Source: a virus (taxonomy: Duplodnaviria > Caudoviricetes). From it: DNA of 64,000 nucleotides. The stretch lies in IMG/VR virus record IMGVR_UViG_3300048691_000224. One strand, 5' to 3'. The notes below the pieces were generated by a model. That model made no database searches. It was given only the letters and a program-made list of their open reading frames with translations, and was not told the origin of the DNA. Made by a program: the position numbers and the translations under genes. Of the stretch, positions 1-8,442 are shown one piece after another (positions within the stretch are counted from its first letter, which is position 1; every line of letters starts with the position of its first letter).

Positions 1-62
1 GCAAAGATGAATTCTTCGGCGGTTGACAAATAATCTAAAAATTCACCACGTAAACTAGCCAT
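1..62 (-). CDS. hypothetical protein, partial (runs off window start)
   Basis: ATG at 62 with AGGAG Shine-Dalgarno about 9 nt upstream; reads MASLRGEFLDYLSTAEEFIF... open to the window edge; not in the ORF track. Confidence 0.5.
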   Translation of the reverse strand, partial: MASLRGEFLDYLSTAEEFIF

Positions 63-81
63 AATTTAAATCTCCTAATTG

Positions 82-182
82 TAGTCTCTATAGGGCTCGA
101 ACCTATTTCATTACCAAGTCAGCGACGCCTGTTTTCTGACTAATCGAAGGGTAATGGTCTTACCGTGTTAAACGAAGAAACC
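82..182 (-). tRNA. tRNA-like cloverleaf with ~27-nt insertion in the anticodon loop (tRNA-Arg(TCG) or tRNA-Glu(TTC) depending on register); no encoded CCA
   Basis: Minus strand: acceptor GGTTTCT/AGAGACT, D arm GTTT-AACACGGTA-AGAC, anticodon stem TTACC/GGTAA enclosing 34 nt instead of 7, T arm ATAGG-TTCGAGC-CCTAT. Confidence 0.7.
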
Positions 183-195
183 TTAAATTCACATA

Positions 196-387
196 TTATT
201 TTACTACGATTTCATGAGAACATGAAGGGCACTTAATGTAATTAAAATAATCTCGATCGCCAGTATAATCTGTTGAATATGATTGTTGTACATCAGAAGG
301 TGTATATTCCAATGTCGAACCGCAGTTCTTACAAACAACTTCTTTAACTACACTTTTATGTGGTTTTGTATCAATAATTCTAATCAT
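196..387 (-). CDS. small zinc-ribbon protein
   Basis: 63 aa with two CxxC motifs (CKNC, CPSC). Confidence 0.7.
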   Translation of the reverse strand: MIRIIDTKPHKSVVKEVVCKNCGSTLEYTPSDVQQSYSTDYTGDRDYFNYIKCPSCSHEIVVK

Positions 388-390
388 AAT

Positions 391-786
391 TCACCAATCA
401 ATATTAATTGCGTACTCACCTGCAGGCAGTAGACCTTTGGCATGTAGATCATTGATAACCATATCAACACTAGGATAAAAATTTCGAGCCCAGAATAAAT
501 CGATATACCACTGAGTATTTTGATCTGGGATACCGTACCATTCTTTTGGGTCACGAGCGAGCCAGGCGCTGAAACTCACACCCCGCTCTTCACCATTAAC
601 TTCATCTGGAATTGTGTCGTTATCATAATCCCCAAGATACCCATCTGATGGAACTGTGATATATTCCAACCCACGAGATTTACAACTATCTTGTTGTTGG
701 AAATTGTAGATGCGTCCATATGTATCCATGACTAATTGGTCAAAATCATCTACATTGATTGTGTGTAGTGTTTTAATTCTAATCAT
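391..786 (-). CDS. hypothetical phage protein
   Basis: 131-aa ORF tightly packed between neighbours in the same orientation. Confidence 0.7.
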   Translation of the reverse strand: MIRIKTLHTINVDDFDQLVMDTYGRIYNFQQQDSCKSRGLEYITVPSDGYLGDYDNDTIPDEVNGEERGVSFSAWLARDPKEWYGIPDQNTQWYIDLFWARNFYPSVDMVINDLHAKGLLPAGEYAINIDW

Positions 787-1115
787 ACATATTCCTTGGT
801 TTGTGTTTCTTCTATCCAGCGGGCCCAGTAGCCATGTGCATTTATGGTTTCGTCTTGCGTCAATGAGCCAGTAGACACCCAGTGAAAGATGCCACCTTCA
901 TTATCAATGTACGCGCGGGACTGATAGGTCTTCACCTTGGGTCGAATACGAAACTCTGCGAGCTCATATCGGCCTTCGTAGTTACTGATGTATGCTCGCA
1001 AAGTTCGTTCGACTGGCGTGGCTGCACTATTGAAACAGTCCCACTGCTCCCCTAGGAACTTAATGTCTAAGACATCACCAGCGAGGATGGCTTTGATGAT
1101 TTCTACTTGGTTCAT
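783..1115 (-). CDS. hypothetical phage protein
   Basis: Start reassigned to MNQVE at 1115, which gives an ATGA overlap with the upstream small ORF. Confidence 0.65.
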   Translation of the reverse strand: MNQVEIIKAILAGDVLDIKFLGEQWDCFNSAATPVERTLRAYISNYEGRYELAEFRIRPKVKTYQSRAYIDNEGGIFHWVSTGSLTQDETINAHGYWARWIEETQTKEYV

Positions 1116-1276
1116 TTGAAAAATCCACCAAAGTATACACACGCCCAAGCTGGGCTAGCGCACACGACACTAACCCAAAAGTTGTAATTTCCGACTTGCG
1201 GCTTACCATGCATGTGTGCTAAAAATAAAGCACCCACAATCTGCAGGCAAATATAAGCTATTGCATAATTACTCAC
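1112..1276 (-). CDS. small membrane protein (54 aa), absent from the ORF track
   Basis: GTG start after GAGGA SD; (M)SNYAIAYICLQIVGALFLAHMHGKPQVGNYNFWVSVVCASPAWACVYFGGFFK, two hydrophobic segments; stop overlaps next ATG. Confidence 0.7.
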   Translation of the reverse strand: MSNYAIAYICLQIVGALFLAHMHGKPQVGNYNFWVSVVCASPAWACVYFGGFFK

Positions 1277-1296
1277 AATCTAATTCCTCTATGTTT

Positions 1297-1557
1297 TTAG
1301 TATACTCGAACAATCGCTACAACTTCATTCAAATCGAGCGTTTCCAACTCAATTAAGTTGCGTGCACTACCAGATTGTACGAAATTGCTGATCGATCGAT
1401 TGCACAGAGACTGAGGGCTTATGGGGCTGTACGAAGAATATGCCTGATTTGGGTATGCCGTGAGGTTCTCGGTGTTAAAATCGATGTCACAAGACTCAAC
1501 TTTGTCAAGCTCGATAATCGCACCAGACTTCATGTAAATTTTTAATGAATATGTCAT
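1297..1557 (-). CDS. hypothetical protein, paralogue of 2283..2513
   Basis: Start MTYSLK with GGAG SD; shares I(Y/F)MKSG..(I/L).LD.V with 2283..2513. Confidence 0.65.
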   Translation of the reverse strand: MTYSLKIYMKSGAIIELDKVESCDIDFNTENLTAYPNQAYSSYSPISPQSLCNRSISNFVQSGSARNLIELETLDLNEVVAIVRVY

Positions 1558-1640
1558 ATTATGATCTCCATTAGTTGTGGGTTCGTTGGATGGGGTTTCA
1601 CATCTCACATACATGAGTCTAGTGAGTTGATGTAGGGTCT

Positions 1641-1669
1641 ATTATATACTAAAATTGGAATAAGGTCAA
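1641..1669 (-). promoter_or_regulatory. sigma70-type early promoter
   Basis: TTGACC-N17-TATAAT on the minus strand upstream of 1557. Confidence 0.7.
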
Positions 1670-1860
1670 CAGATCGAAATCGTGCGTGTCCAAACAAACC
1701 TAGTAGACGCTGGTACCCACTTGACTTCACACCGCTTGTGTTGAGGTTTATGGAAGTCAACACAAATGCAAAACCAACCGCGCTCTGGAGCAAAAGCAAC
1801 AGTGTCTACAAATTTCATGATTTGAACAATTGTCCCGTCGATAGTTTTTGCAATTTGCAT
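1666..1860 (-). CDS. hypothetical protein
   Basis: Start MQIAK with GGAG SD. Confidence 0.6.
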   Translation of the reverse strand: MQIAKTIDGTIVQIMKFVDTVAFAPERGWFCICVDFHKPQHKRCEVKWVPASTRFVWTRTISIC

Positions 1861-1953
1861 AATTATTTTCTCCCAGGTTCGAATTCTATCGCATGCGGAC
1901 ATTACACGATTATTCGTGCTAAGCTCTCACACCTGATCTCTCTAGCAATTTCA

Positions 1954-2160
1954 TCAATAACATCTAGCACACCGAATTTCCACAGTTTGTTGAAAGAAAT
2001 CATACGACACCGATTCGACGATAGTATCGCACAACTGTCGCAACTGTCCTGGTCCTTTTTTGCGCATCGCCACAGTTTCACCAACACGTGGGATTGGAAC
2101 GGCTGTCCCTGTTTCACCACTAATCACTTCACAACCTTCAGCGCTAATATAAAAGTTCAT
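1954..2160 (-). CDS. hypothetical protein
   Basis: 68 aa directly downstream of a consensus promoter with AAGGA SD. Confidence 0.6.
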   Translation of the reverse strand: MNFYISAEGCEVISGETGTAVPIPRVGETVAMRKKGPGQLRQLCDTIVESVSYDFFQQTVEIRCARCY

Positions 2161-2175
2161 CTTGGTTTTCCTTGT

Positions 2176-2231
2176 TTGTTTGATCTTAGGGTCAATTATA
2201 CCCTAATTCTACATCATGTCAACACTTATTT
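2176..2231 (-). repeat. 56-bp promoter cassette, copy 1 (TTGACA-N16-TATAAT at 2195-2222)
   Basis: 53/56 identical to 2525..2580; contains -35 and -10 boxes on the minus strand. Confidence 0.85.
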
Positions 2232-2282
2232 GAGAAATGAGATTTTTACTCACAAAAGTCCACAGTATTGTTAAATTGCGTT

Positions 2283-2513
2283 TCAATAAAATAGTGTGTA
2301 TGTTGGGTTTGAATACGTGATCGCTTCAATTTGCAAGAGCTCAATGGATTGGACCAACAATCTGGTCTTTGCTTGAGTGCTTTGAGCAAGTTTAAATGAC
2401 GAAATCACACTATTCGTATAGTCCACAGTTATTTCCTTGACCCGATCGAGTACCAGTGAGTTTCCAGATTTCATAAAAATCTCAACAGTGTGAATTTTTG
2501 TAATTTTAATCAT
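2283..2513 (-). CDS. hypothetical protein, paralogue of 1297..1557
   Basis: 76 aa, IFMKSGNSLVLDRV motif. Confidence 0.65.
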   Translation of the reverse strand: MIKITKIHTVEIFMKSGNSLVLDRVKEITVDYTNSVISSFKLAQSTQAKTRLLVQSIELLQIEAITYSNPTYTLFY

Positions 2514-2524
2514 TTTGAACTTCC

Positions 2525-2580
2525 TTGTTTGATCTTAGGTTCAATTATACCCTAATTCAACATCAAGTCAACACTTATTT
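2525..2580 (-). repeat. 56-bp promoter cassette, copy 2 (TTGACT-N16-TATAAT at 2544-2571)
   Basis: Direct repeat of 2176..2231. Confidence 0.85.
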
Positions 2581-2585
2581 TGGAT

Positions 2586-3575
2586 TTATGATGCCCAATG
2601 TCCCAGTTTCATTTGTGCACTAAATTCACTATCAACAATTCCTTGTGTAATTGCACTTTCGAGGTACATACTCCCATATTTGCGCAGGGCTTCGTTAAGA
2701 TCGCTGCAAGATCCAATGTCGGGGAAACTCAGTGAGAACCCAACACTAAGGGCTTGCTTAGCCATCACAGCGCCATTTGCATCTTTATTTGGTACGATGA
2801 TTTTTCTACCACGCGCTTGCGTCAATTTGTGAACGTGATACTTAGAGAAAGTGCTCCCCAGTATTGCAACACCATTAGACACCGATAGAGCATCCAATGA
2901 TCCCTCACACACTACAATATCATCTTCCGAGAACCGCGGAATTGAATTGTAATTGAACAACACGTTCGTCTTGGGGTGGATAGGTGATTCCCAACGCTTT
3001 GTGTTGGGGTTGCCTGTTATGTCACGACCTTGAAAAAAAGTTACCTGATTAGCTTGGTTGCGGCACAAAACAATCAACCTGTCTTGCCACTTGCCTCCTA
3101 TTTTATCACTCACCATAAACTCATGACTGGAAGGCTCGAGTGCTCGAGTGCGTAAGTAATCCACATATGTAGTATCTCGAGTTGGATCCAGCGGTCTGAA
3201 GAAGGTCGGTAGTTCAATCTGAGAGGCTTCAGCGAGGTTAGCTGGGATATACTGAGTAGAGTCGACTTGCCGACCACCTGCGGCGAATGCCGAGAATAGT
3301 ACTGATTTTGCGCTATCCAATAACCCAAAGTCTGATAAAACCGTTACCATTTTTTCAGAGAATCGGCTAGCGCCGGCTTTGTATCCAGCTGTGGTAGAGC
3401 AATTAAAACAGTGGTAGCTTGCGCTTCCACCCTCAAATTTCCACCCGCCGCGCGACTTCTTATCATTACACACCGGACAACGCAGTGTATACCACCCAGA
3501 CGGGGAGCGGGATCCTAGGATCCCGCTTGATGTGATTATCTGCTCGAGAGTGTCGTCAGATCCAGGCAGTACCAT
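2586..3575 (-). CDS. DNA primase (T4 gp61/DnaG-like)
   Basis: N-terminal zinc finger (CPVC...HCFNC) and TOPRIM motif VVCEGSLDAL. Confidence 0.9.
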   Translation of the reverse strand: MVLPGSDDTLEQIITSSGILGSRSPSGWYTLRCPVCNDKKSRGGWKFEGGSASYHCFNCSTTAGYKAGASRFSEKMVTVLSDFGLLDSAKSVLFSAFAAGGRQVDSTQYIPANLAEASQIELPTFFRPLDPTRDTTYVDYLRTRALEPSSHEFMVSDKIGGKWQDRLIVLCRNQANQVTFFQGRDITGNPNTKRWESPIHPKTNVLFNYNSIPRFSEDDIVVCEGSLDALSVSNGVAILGSTFSKYHVHKLTQARGRKIIVPNKDANGAVMAKQALSVGFSLSFPDIGSCSDLNEALRKYGSMYLESAITQGIVDSEFSAQMKLGHWAS

Positions 3576-3586
3576 GTGTGTATGTA

Positions 3587-4270
3587 TTATTCAATGGGTT
3601 GATCGGGATTGGGTTTAGCTAATTTTGAAGTTAATTTTTTTGGTTTAGGTTCTTGGAGAGTTGATTGCGCTTGCTTGGCTAGTTCCTTCAGTCGCTTCTC
3701 AATTGTCTCAGAAAGTAACCAAAGTTCTTCACCGTTGTCTATCTTCTTAATCTCATCGCTGGTGAGAAACTTTGAACATATCTTCTTGACGAGATTTGAG
3801 TATTGTCTCTTGTATGCGACAATCTGTCGATCGACGTCCGAACTCTTACCATAGAATCCACCACTGAATGTGTGGAACATCAACATTGTACAATCATGCA
3901 CAACATACTGGTGCCCCGCAAGGAAAATAATTGCAGCCATCGAGCTAGCACTAGAATCTAGCACTGTCGTAACAGTCGCTCGTGATTCAGCAATTGCGCT
4001 ACAAATTGCAATACCAGTATCGAGTCTCCCACCATCCGAATTTAGGTATATCGTGATGTCATCGTGTGGTTCTGCAGTGCGAATCGTATTGATCATCTCA
4101 ACATAATTAGCGGGTGCGCCGATCGGTCCATACAAGTAGTACGGATGTTGTTTTACGGGGATTACCCGCGAAAGACTTTGCTTGTATACGATGTTAATCG
4201 GGGCATCATCTAATTCTGCTTCTTCATCAAGATTGTTATTTTTGGAGATTTTGCTCATTGCCTGATTCAC
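3587..4270 (-). CDS. clpP: ClpP-like serine protease
   Basis: YLNSDGG, ASSMAAIIFLAG (catalytic Ser) and MFH (catalytic His) motifs. Confidence 0.85.
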   Translation of the reverse strand: MNQAMSKISKNNNLDEEAELDDAPINIVYKQSLSRVIPVKQHPYYLYGPIGAPANYVEMINTIRTAEPHDDITIYLNSDGGRLDTGIAICSAIAESRATVTTVLDSSASSMAAIIFLAGHQYVVHDCTMLMFHTFSGGFYGKSSDVDRQIVAYKRQYSNLVKKICSKFLTSDEIKKIDNGEELWLLSETIEKRLKELAKQAQSTLQEPKPKKLTSKLAKPNPDQPIE

Positions 4271-4288
4271 CGTACCTTTGTGTGTAAA

Positions 4289-4843
4289 TTAAGTTCTCAC
4301 ATAGTCGACAAAGACAAAATTATCTCCGTCGAGCTCGCCGGCTTTATTTACAGGCACAAAGTTTGTGGAAATCGCCTTTATGGGGTAGAATACATCGCAA
4401 TCATCTGTGTTCTTGACTACAGTCATGTAACAGTGTGTTGTGAAGGGTAGTGTTTCTACAAACAAATAATACCCTCCAATTACAAATACAGTCTCACCAT
4501 CCTGCATGATGTTTATATCACGCAATTTACCTACGCTGGGAATTTTGGTGGCGTGGGCCGGGGTAAAGTCCTCAGTATTACTAACAACATAACACTTGCG
4601 ACCTGGCAGAAATTCAATACCCTTCTCTTGAGCAATTCGCTCAACATCCAGATACGTCCTCCTCCCCATCACGACAGTGTGCCCCATAGTCAGTTCTTTG
4701 AATCGCTTCAAATCTTCCTTTATGTACCAAGGTTGTTTGCCGTCTTTGCCGATTCCACCGTACGAATTGACACTGACGATGTGCTTGAAGCCGTTATCGA
4801 TAGTTAGTGCGTTAACCGCAGGGGTTACATTTTGAAATATCAT
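4289..4843 (-). CDS. frd: dihydrofolate reductase
   Basis: GIGKDGKQPW..KEDLKRFKELT.G..VVMGRRTY, VIGG, CDVFYP motifs. Confidence 0.95.
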   Translation of the reverse strand: MIFQNVTPAVNALTIDNGFKHIVSVNSYGGIGKDGKQPWYIKEDLKRFKELTMGHTVVMGRRTYLDVERIAQEKGIEFLPGRKCYVVSNTEDFTPAHATKIPSVGKLRDINIMQDGETVFVIGGYYLFVETLPFTTHCYMTVVKNTDDCDVFYPIKAISTNFVPVNKAGELDGDNFVFVDYVRT

Positions 4844-5049
4844 TTAGTTTGGTGGGGAAAATAAATTGTAGTGCCTACAATCCGGGCACCAAGAACACTG
4901 TTCACCATATCAATATTGTGCATTTGGCGTATTTTGCTTTTTACAGTATCTCGTCTGATGCACAGGGCCGCGATTGAATCCATAATCTCAGCGAGTTCAG
5001 TGTTGAGTTGGTCTAGCGGTGTGGGAAAGTCGAATTCTAGTTGTACCAT
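4840..5049 (-). CDS. hypothetical protein
   Basis: Start reassigned to MVQLEFDFP after GGAGG SD. Confidence 0.55.
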   Translation of the reverse strand: MVQLEFDFPTPLDQLNTELAEIMDSIAALCIRRDTVKSKIRQMHNIDMVNSVLGARIVGTTIYFPHQTK

Positions 5050-5053
5050 TTTA

Positions 5054-5533
5054 TCAGTCCTCCAACTTAGAGTGATATTCGCTCGTGAGCACGATTCTTG
5101 GTAGTGTTGATACGTCAGGCAACTCACCTGACCATTCCTTAGACAGTGTGATGTGAGGGAGATACTCATCATAATCATACTCAGCTCCACACTTCATGTA
5201 TTCTTTGAACCTCTTTGTCGCATAGGGACACTTCACACGGACTACCAACAGTTTAGTCTGGGTATTTGGTGTTTCAAACACATCAAACTTAGTCGGCTGA
5301 GCCTCCACATTCTCCAGATCAGTTTTGAGAGTGGTCCAATCATACTCAAATGGTGTCTTTGAGTACGCAGTTGTGATGTGTAGGTCGTACTCATCATCAA
5401 TTTTGATATTATGATTGCGCGCCCAATCTTTGATGGCAGCAATACTGGTATCACTCAGTGAGAGTGCAGCATAATCCCCGGCGGGTTTCTTTGCTTCCAA
5501 TAATATATGGAGTTTCTTGATGAATTCAAACAT
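5054..5533 (-). CDS. 2H phosphoesterase (T4 gp57B/Acb1-like)
   Basis: Two HxT motifs (LHITTAY, PHITLS) about 75 aa apart in a 159-aa protein. Confidence 0.8.
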   Translation of the reverse strand: MFEFIKKLHILLEAKKPAGDYAALSLSDTSIAAIKDWARNHNIKIDDEYDLHITTAYSKTPFEYDWTTLKTDLENVEAQPTKFDVFETPNTQTKLLVVRVKCPYATKRFKEYMKCGAEYDYDEYLPHITLSKEWSGELPDVSTLPRIVLTSEYHSKLED

Positions 5534-6110
5534 TTGTGTCTAGTGCTTTATTGAAAATAGTACGAATCATTCTGACCGCTTTGAGTGCAGCTTGAGCATC
5601 TTCAAGTGAATTGTGCTTGTCACGAACTACATTGAACATCTCAAACAACTCATTCGAGTCCTTGGTGTTATATAGGATAGACCCAACTGAGAACGAATCG
5701 ATGCTGTGCCCCGACAACTTGAGAGCCATGTTGTATTTGTCGAACCAACTTAGTAAGAAATGCCGGTCGAACGTATCTACATTGTGTCCACCAAGCGTTA
5801 GAGCCTTGTTCGTGTCGAAGTTTTCGCTCAAGAATTCACAGAATGCTGCAAGAGCTTCCTCTTCTTCAACACCATTCTCCTCTAGGTACTCTCTCGACAG
5901 TCCGTGTACAGCCTCTGCTTCACTGTCCCACAAACTCATACCATTTGGTTTAATTTCAATATAGAATGAGTTTCCTTCTTTGAGCGTTTTAGTATCTGAT
6001 ACTACCCCTCCAAGGGATACAATTTGGTACTTGTAGCCGTTGCTCCGATCCATGCCGGTATTCCTACTATATCCACTAGTCTCAACGTCAATGAATAAGA
6101 CTTTGCTCAC
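5526..6110 (-). CDS. DEDDh 3'-5' exonuclease (DnaQ-like)
   Basis: IDVETSG, HNVDTFD, HNSLEDA motifs. Confidence 0.9.
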   Translation of the reverse strand: MSKVLFIDVETSGYSRNTGMDRSNGYKYQIVSLGGVVSDTKTLKEGNSFYIEIKPNGMSLWDSEAEAVHGLSREYLEENGVEEEEALAAFCEFLSENFDTNKALTLGGHNVDTFDRHFLLSWFDKYNMALKLSGHSIDSFSVGSILYNTKDSNELFEMFNVVRDKHNSLEDAQAALKAVRMIRTIFNKALDTNV

Positions 6111-6694
6111 AATACGTCCTTATCAAATTCTGTCGTTGGACGAGCAATATTGCTGGTGGCTGTGTCCTTCCAGGATGTACCAAGTTGATTGTTGTACGTA
6201 CCATCATACAACTTAGCTGAATCACTGTCCCACAACACCATCTGGGCTAACCGCATATTCTCTTCAACGGCGATTGTGTAATTGACGTGTAACAGCATTC
6301 CACAGTTTGTTGAAGTGAAGCCGGAATCGTACAAACCACTTACCCCAAAGCAACCATTGCGCACGAATGTACTGCGCAGGTGCAATGTTGCAGCTACCCC
6401 CAAGGGCAATGCACACCCTTCATTAAATGTAACATCATACACAGCCGGGTGCAAGAAGTACGATCGTGGTAGACTAGAATCTGCACCCGGGGTCGATACC
6501 GGTATAATAGGGGTATGATCGAGGTACTGTGTCCGTTGTTTGGATTCTGATAGGGTAACTGGTCGGTGTGGACTAGCCACCCGCGAGATAGATTTGATTG
6601 TCAAATCAATACCATCACTGCCAATTTGTTTGGTAGCGTTTAATAGTTTTGTAACAATCCCGAGGTCGTAGGCTTTTTGTGGTGAAATAATCAT
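6107..6694 (-). CDS. dCTP deaminase / trimeric dUTPase family protein
   Basis: DGIDL, LRST, GLYDSGF, RLAQMV, YDGTY motifs. Confidence 0.8.
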   Translation of the reverse strand: MIISPQKAYDLGIVTKLLNATKQIGSDGIDLTIKSISRVASPHRPVTLSESKQRTQYLDHTPIIPVSTPGADSSLPRSYFLHPAVYDVTFNEGCALPLGVAATLHLRSTFVRNGCFGVSGLYDSGFTSTNCGMLLHVNYTIAVEENMRLAQMVLWDSDSAKLYDGTYNNQLGTSWKDTATSNIARPTTEFDKDVL

Positions 6695-7542
6695 TTTTGA
6701 TACGATCTAAAAATCTCGTCAATAATTGCGAGGTTATGGGAGATGATTGAGTCATCTTTAACGGGGTGAACTGAGAAGTCTACCTCTGGTACATATTTCT
6801 TGTCAACAGGAGTCAGTGATTCACTAAATTGATTGTAAGGAATTCCACAGTGACCAAACCACACAGGATTGGAGCTATCGAGGGTATCAACGAGACCCAT
6901 CCCCAACAGTGCCGGTAACTCCAGTCCAGGATTCAACAAACCCAACCAATGGATGTGTTTGTAGTAGAATGCTTCAGCACGCTCAGTATCTTGTGTTAGC
7001 CAGGTTGCAATACGATCGGCTGCTACAACACGGACGTATGATTTTGGGATGTGGGGAAGTGCAATTGGGTGTGCGAGGATTGACATACCGATCATGTCAA
7101 TTTCAGGATTGAATAGAGCCCACTCGAAGCTTCGTAGCCACCCACCCCAATCACCTGGTGCTGATTGTGGGACGTAGAATGTTTTGAATCCCGCGTCTTT
7201 GAATTGTGGAATATATTTCTTCGCTGCTGTAATTGTGACATCGGATGGTTGCCCAGGGTAATCAGGCAACACTAATACATCAGCTCCTACCGACTTACCA
7301 ATTGTGATTAATCGGTCAGGAGCATATGACTGATTTAACTCGAAAGCTCCATTGTCGCAGATGTATGTTTCGTTGGAATACTTCGACTCCTTATAGAATG
7401 ATGCGTAGCCGGGATCATAGTGAGATGAATTGGGATCAATTAAATGTGCCAAAAGCAAGTGGAAGTCGGAGCCGTTTGCACGGGCAAATTTAGGCAAGTA
7501 TGCCGTTGGTGTGATTGTACAGAATTGTGGATGTTGTTTCAT
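6691..7542 (-). CDS. DpdA-like tRNA-guanine-transglycosylase-fold protein (putative DNA 7-deazaguanine insertase)
   Basis: TGT/DpdA-type motifs ICDNGAF, LPD, IHWLG, DTLDSS in the expected order; folE and queD in the same window. Confidence 0.7.
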   Translation of the reverse strand: MKQHPQFCTITPTAYLPKFARANGSDFHLLLAHLIDPNSSHYDPGYASFYKESKYSNETYICDNGAFELNQSYAPDRLITIGKSVGADVLVLPDYPGQPSDVTITAAKKYIPQFKDAGFKTFYVPQSAPGDWGGWLRSFEWALFNPEIDMIGMSILAHPIALPHIPKSYVRVVAADRIATWLTQDTERAEAFYYKHIHWLGLLNPGLELPALLGMGLVDTLDSSNPVWFGHCGIPYNQFSESLTPVDKKYVPEVDFSVHPVKDDSIISHNLAIIDEIFRSYQK

Positions 7543-7574
7543 GGATGTTTGAATATAGTGATGGGAGTGATCTA

Positions 7575-7603
7575 ATTATGTGGTAATCTAAAGATGGTGT
7601 CAA
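7575..7603 (-). promoter_or_regulatory. sigma70-type promoter for the DpdA-like/dcd/exonuclease/2H/DHFR cluster
   Basis: TTGACA-N17-CATAAT on the minus strand. Confidence 0.6.
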
Positions 7604-7606
7604 AGC

Positions 7607-7816
7607 TCACTTAGTGGGTCTACTCGACTTTACTATTTTAGCAATGGATGTAGGATCAAATAACCCCGAATGTACAACTTCGCCGTCAACCAATATGCAC
7701 CGGGTGGTTCTCGTTGCTCGAGCAAATCTCAAAAATGAGTCGACATCACAATCTGGTAGTGCATATTCGATTTTGTTGGTTATTGAGCTAAACTCTGTTA
7801 CTGTTCTTGATTGCAT
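7607..7816 (-). CDS. hypothetical protein
   Basis: 69-aa ORF in the minus-strand run. Confidence 0.55.
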   Translation of the reverse strand: MQSRTVTEFSSITNKIEYALPDCDVDSFLRFARATRTTRCILVDGEVVHSGLFDPTSIAKIVKSSRPTK

Positions 7817-7826
7817 GTAGTATGTT

Positions 7827-8066
7827 CTAGTTAGTGGTTAATCGAATAGGGTAGAATGTTTCGCATGGAGAATCGGCTCCAATATCTCTACAGGGGTGGC
7901 AACAAAACCACACCTCCCAACCAGACTTATCTTCTTCGGTTGCGCCTGTCCACACCTCCTCTGTGTGCCCAACATCACTACCACAAAACATGCAGGTTGG
8001 GTCAAGGGGGTAGCGAGATTGGTCGATGCGTTGCTGAACTTCAAAAGACATAAAATCTGATCTCAA
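7827..8066 (-). CDS. small Cys-containing hypothetical protein
   Basis: CMFC and CCHPC motifs. Confidence 0.55.
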   Translation of the reverse strand: MRSDFMSFEVQQRIDQSRYPLDPTCMFCGSDVGHTEEVWTGATEEDKSGWEVWFCCHPCRDIGADSPCETFYPIRLTTN

Positions 8067-8073
8067 TGAGTTA

Positions 8074-8433
8074 TTAAACTTTCCTACCCATCGTATGAAA
8101 GTCTTTGCTGTCTGTAATTACTTGGTACGCACCTTTGTTACAGATTGGTGCTATGGTAGCAGTAACTGTTAGCACCGGCTTGTGAATTGGGGTTGTGCCA
8201 TTTCCGACCAGGTCACCATAGGACGAGAGCTTCGGCGACTCTCCACGAGGCGGAGATTTTGGTTGCCAAAAAGAGTTACTATTAGTGGTGGTCTTGGTTG
8301 CCGAGGCGGATGTGTTGGCTCGGTATCGAAGCTTGAGGGCTTCCCATTCGACTAACAACTCTCGCTGCGCTTTTGTTAATTTTTTAGGTTTACTTTTTGT
8401 GGATGTGTATATCATAGTGTATGCAGCATACAC
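8074..8433 (-). CDS. conserved T4-like phage hypothetical protein
   Basis: C-terminal IAPICNKGAYQVI motif recalled from T4-like phage proteins. Confidence 0.65.
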   Translation of the reverse strand: MYAAYTMIYTSTKSKPKKLTKAQRELLVEWEALKLRYRANTSASATKTTTNSNSFWQPKSPPRGESPKLSSYGDLVGNGTTPIHKPVLTVTATIAPICNKGAYQVITDSKDFHTMGRKV

Positions 8434-8442
8434 ACATCTGAA

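Noticed and set aside
1875-1895. GTTCGAAT motif suggesting a tRNA T-loop (also GTTCGAGCCC near 30446)
   Set aside because: No flanking T-stem or acceptor stem can be formed; the second lies within the gp5-like gene.
1902-2120. 72-aa Cys-containing ORF
   Set aside because: It overlaps 1954..2160 in another frame, and 1954..2160 has the SD and promoter support.
1738-2274. 178-aa plus-strand ORF, and many similar antisense ORFs throughout (e.g. 3609, 4553, 5611, 10961, 18325, 30147, 35543, 42969, 54203, 59304, 60321)
   Set aside because: They are shadows of well-supported opposite-strand genes, with no motifs, SD or promoter support.
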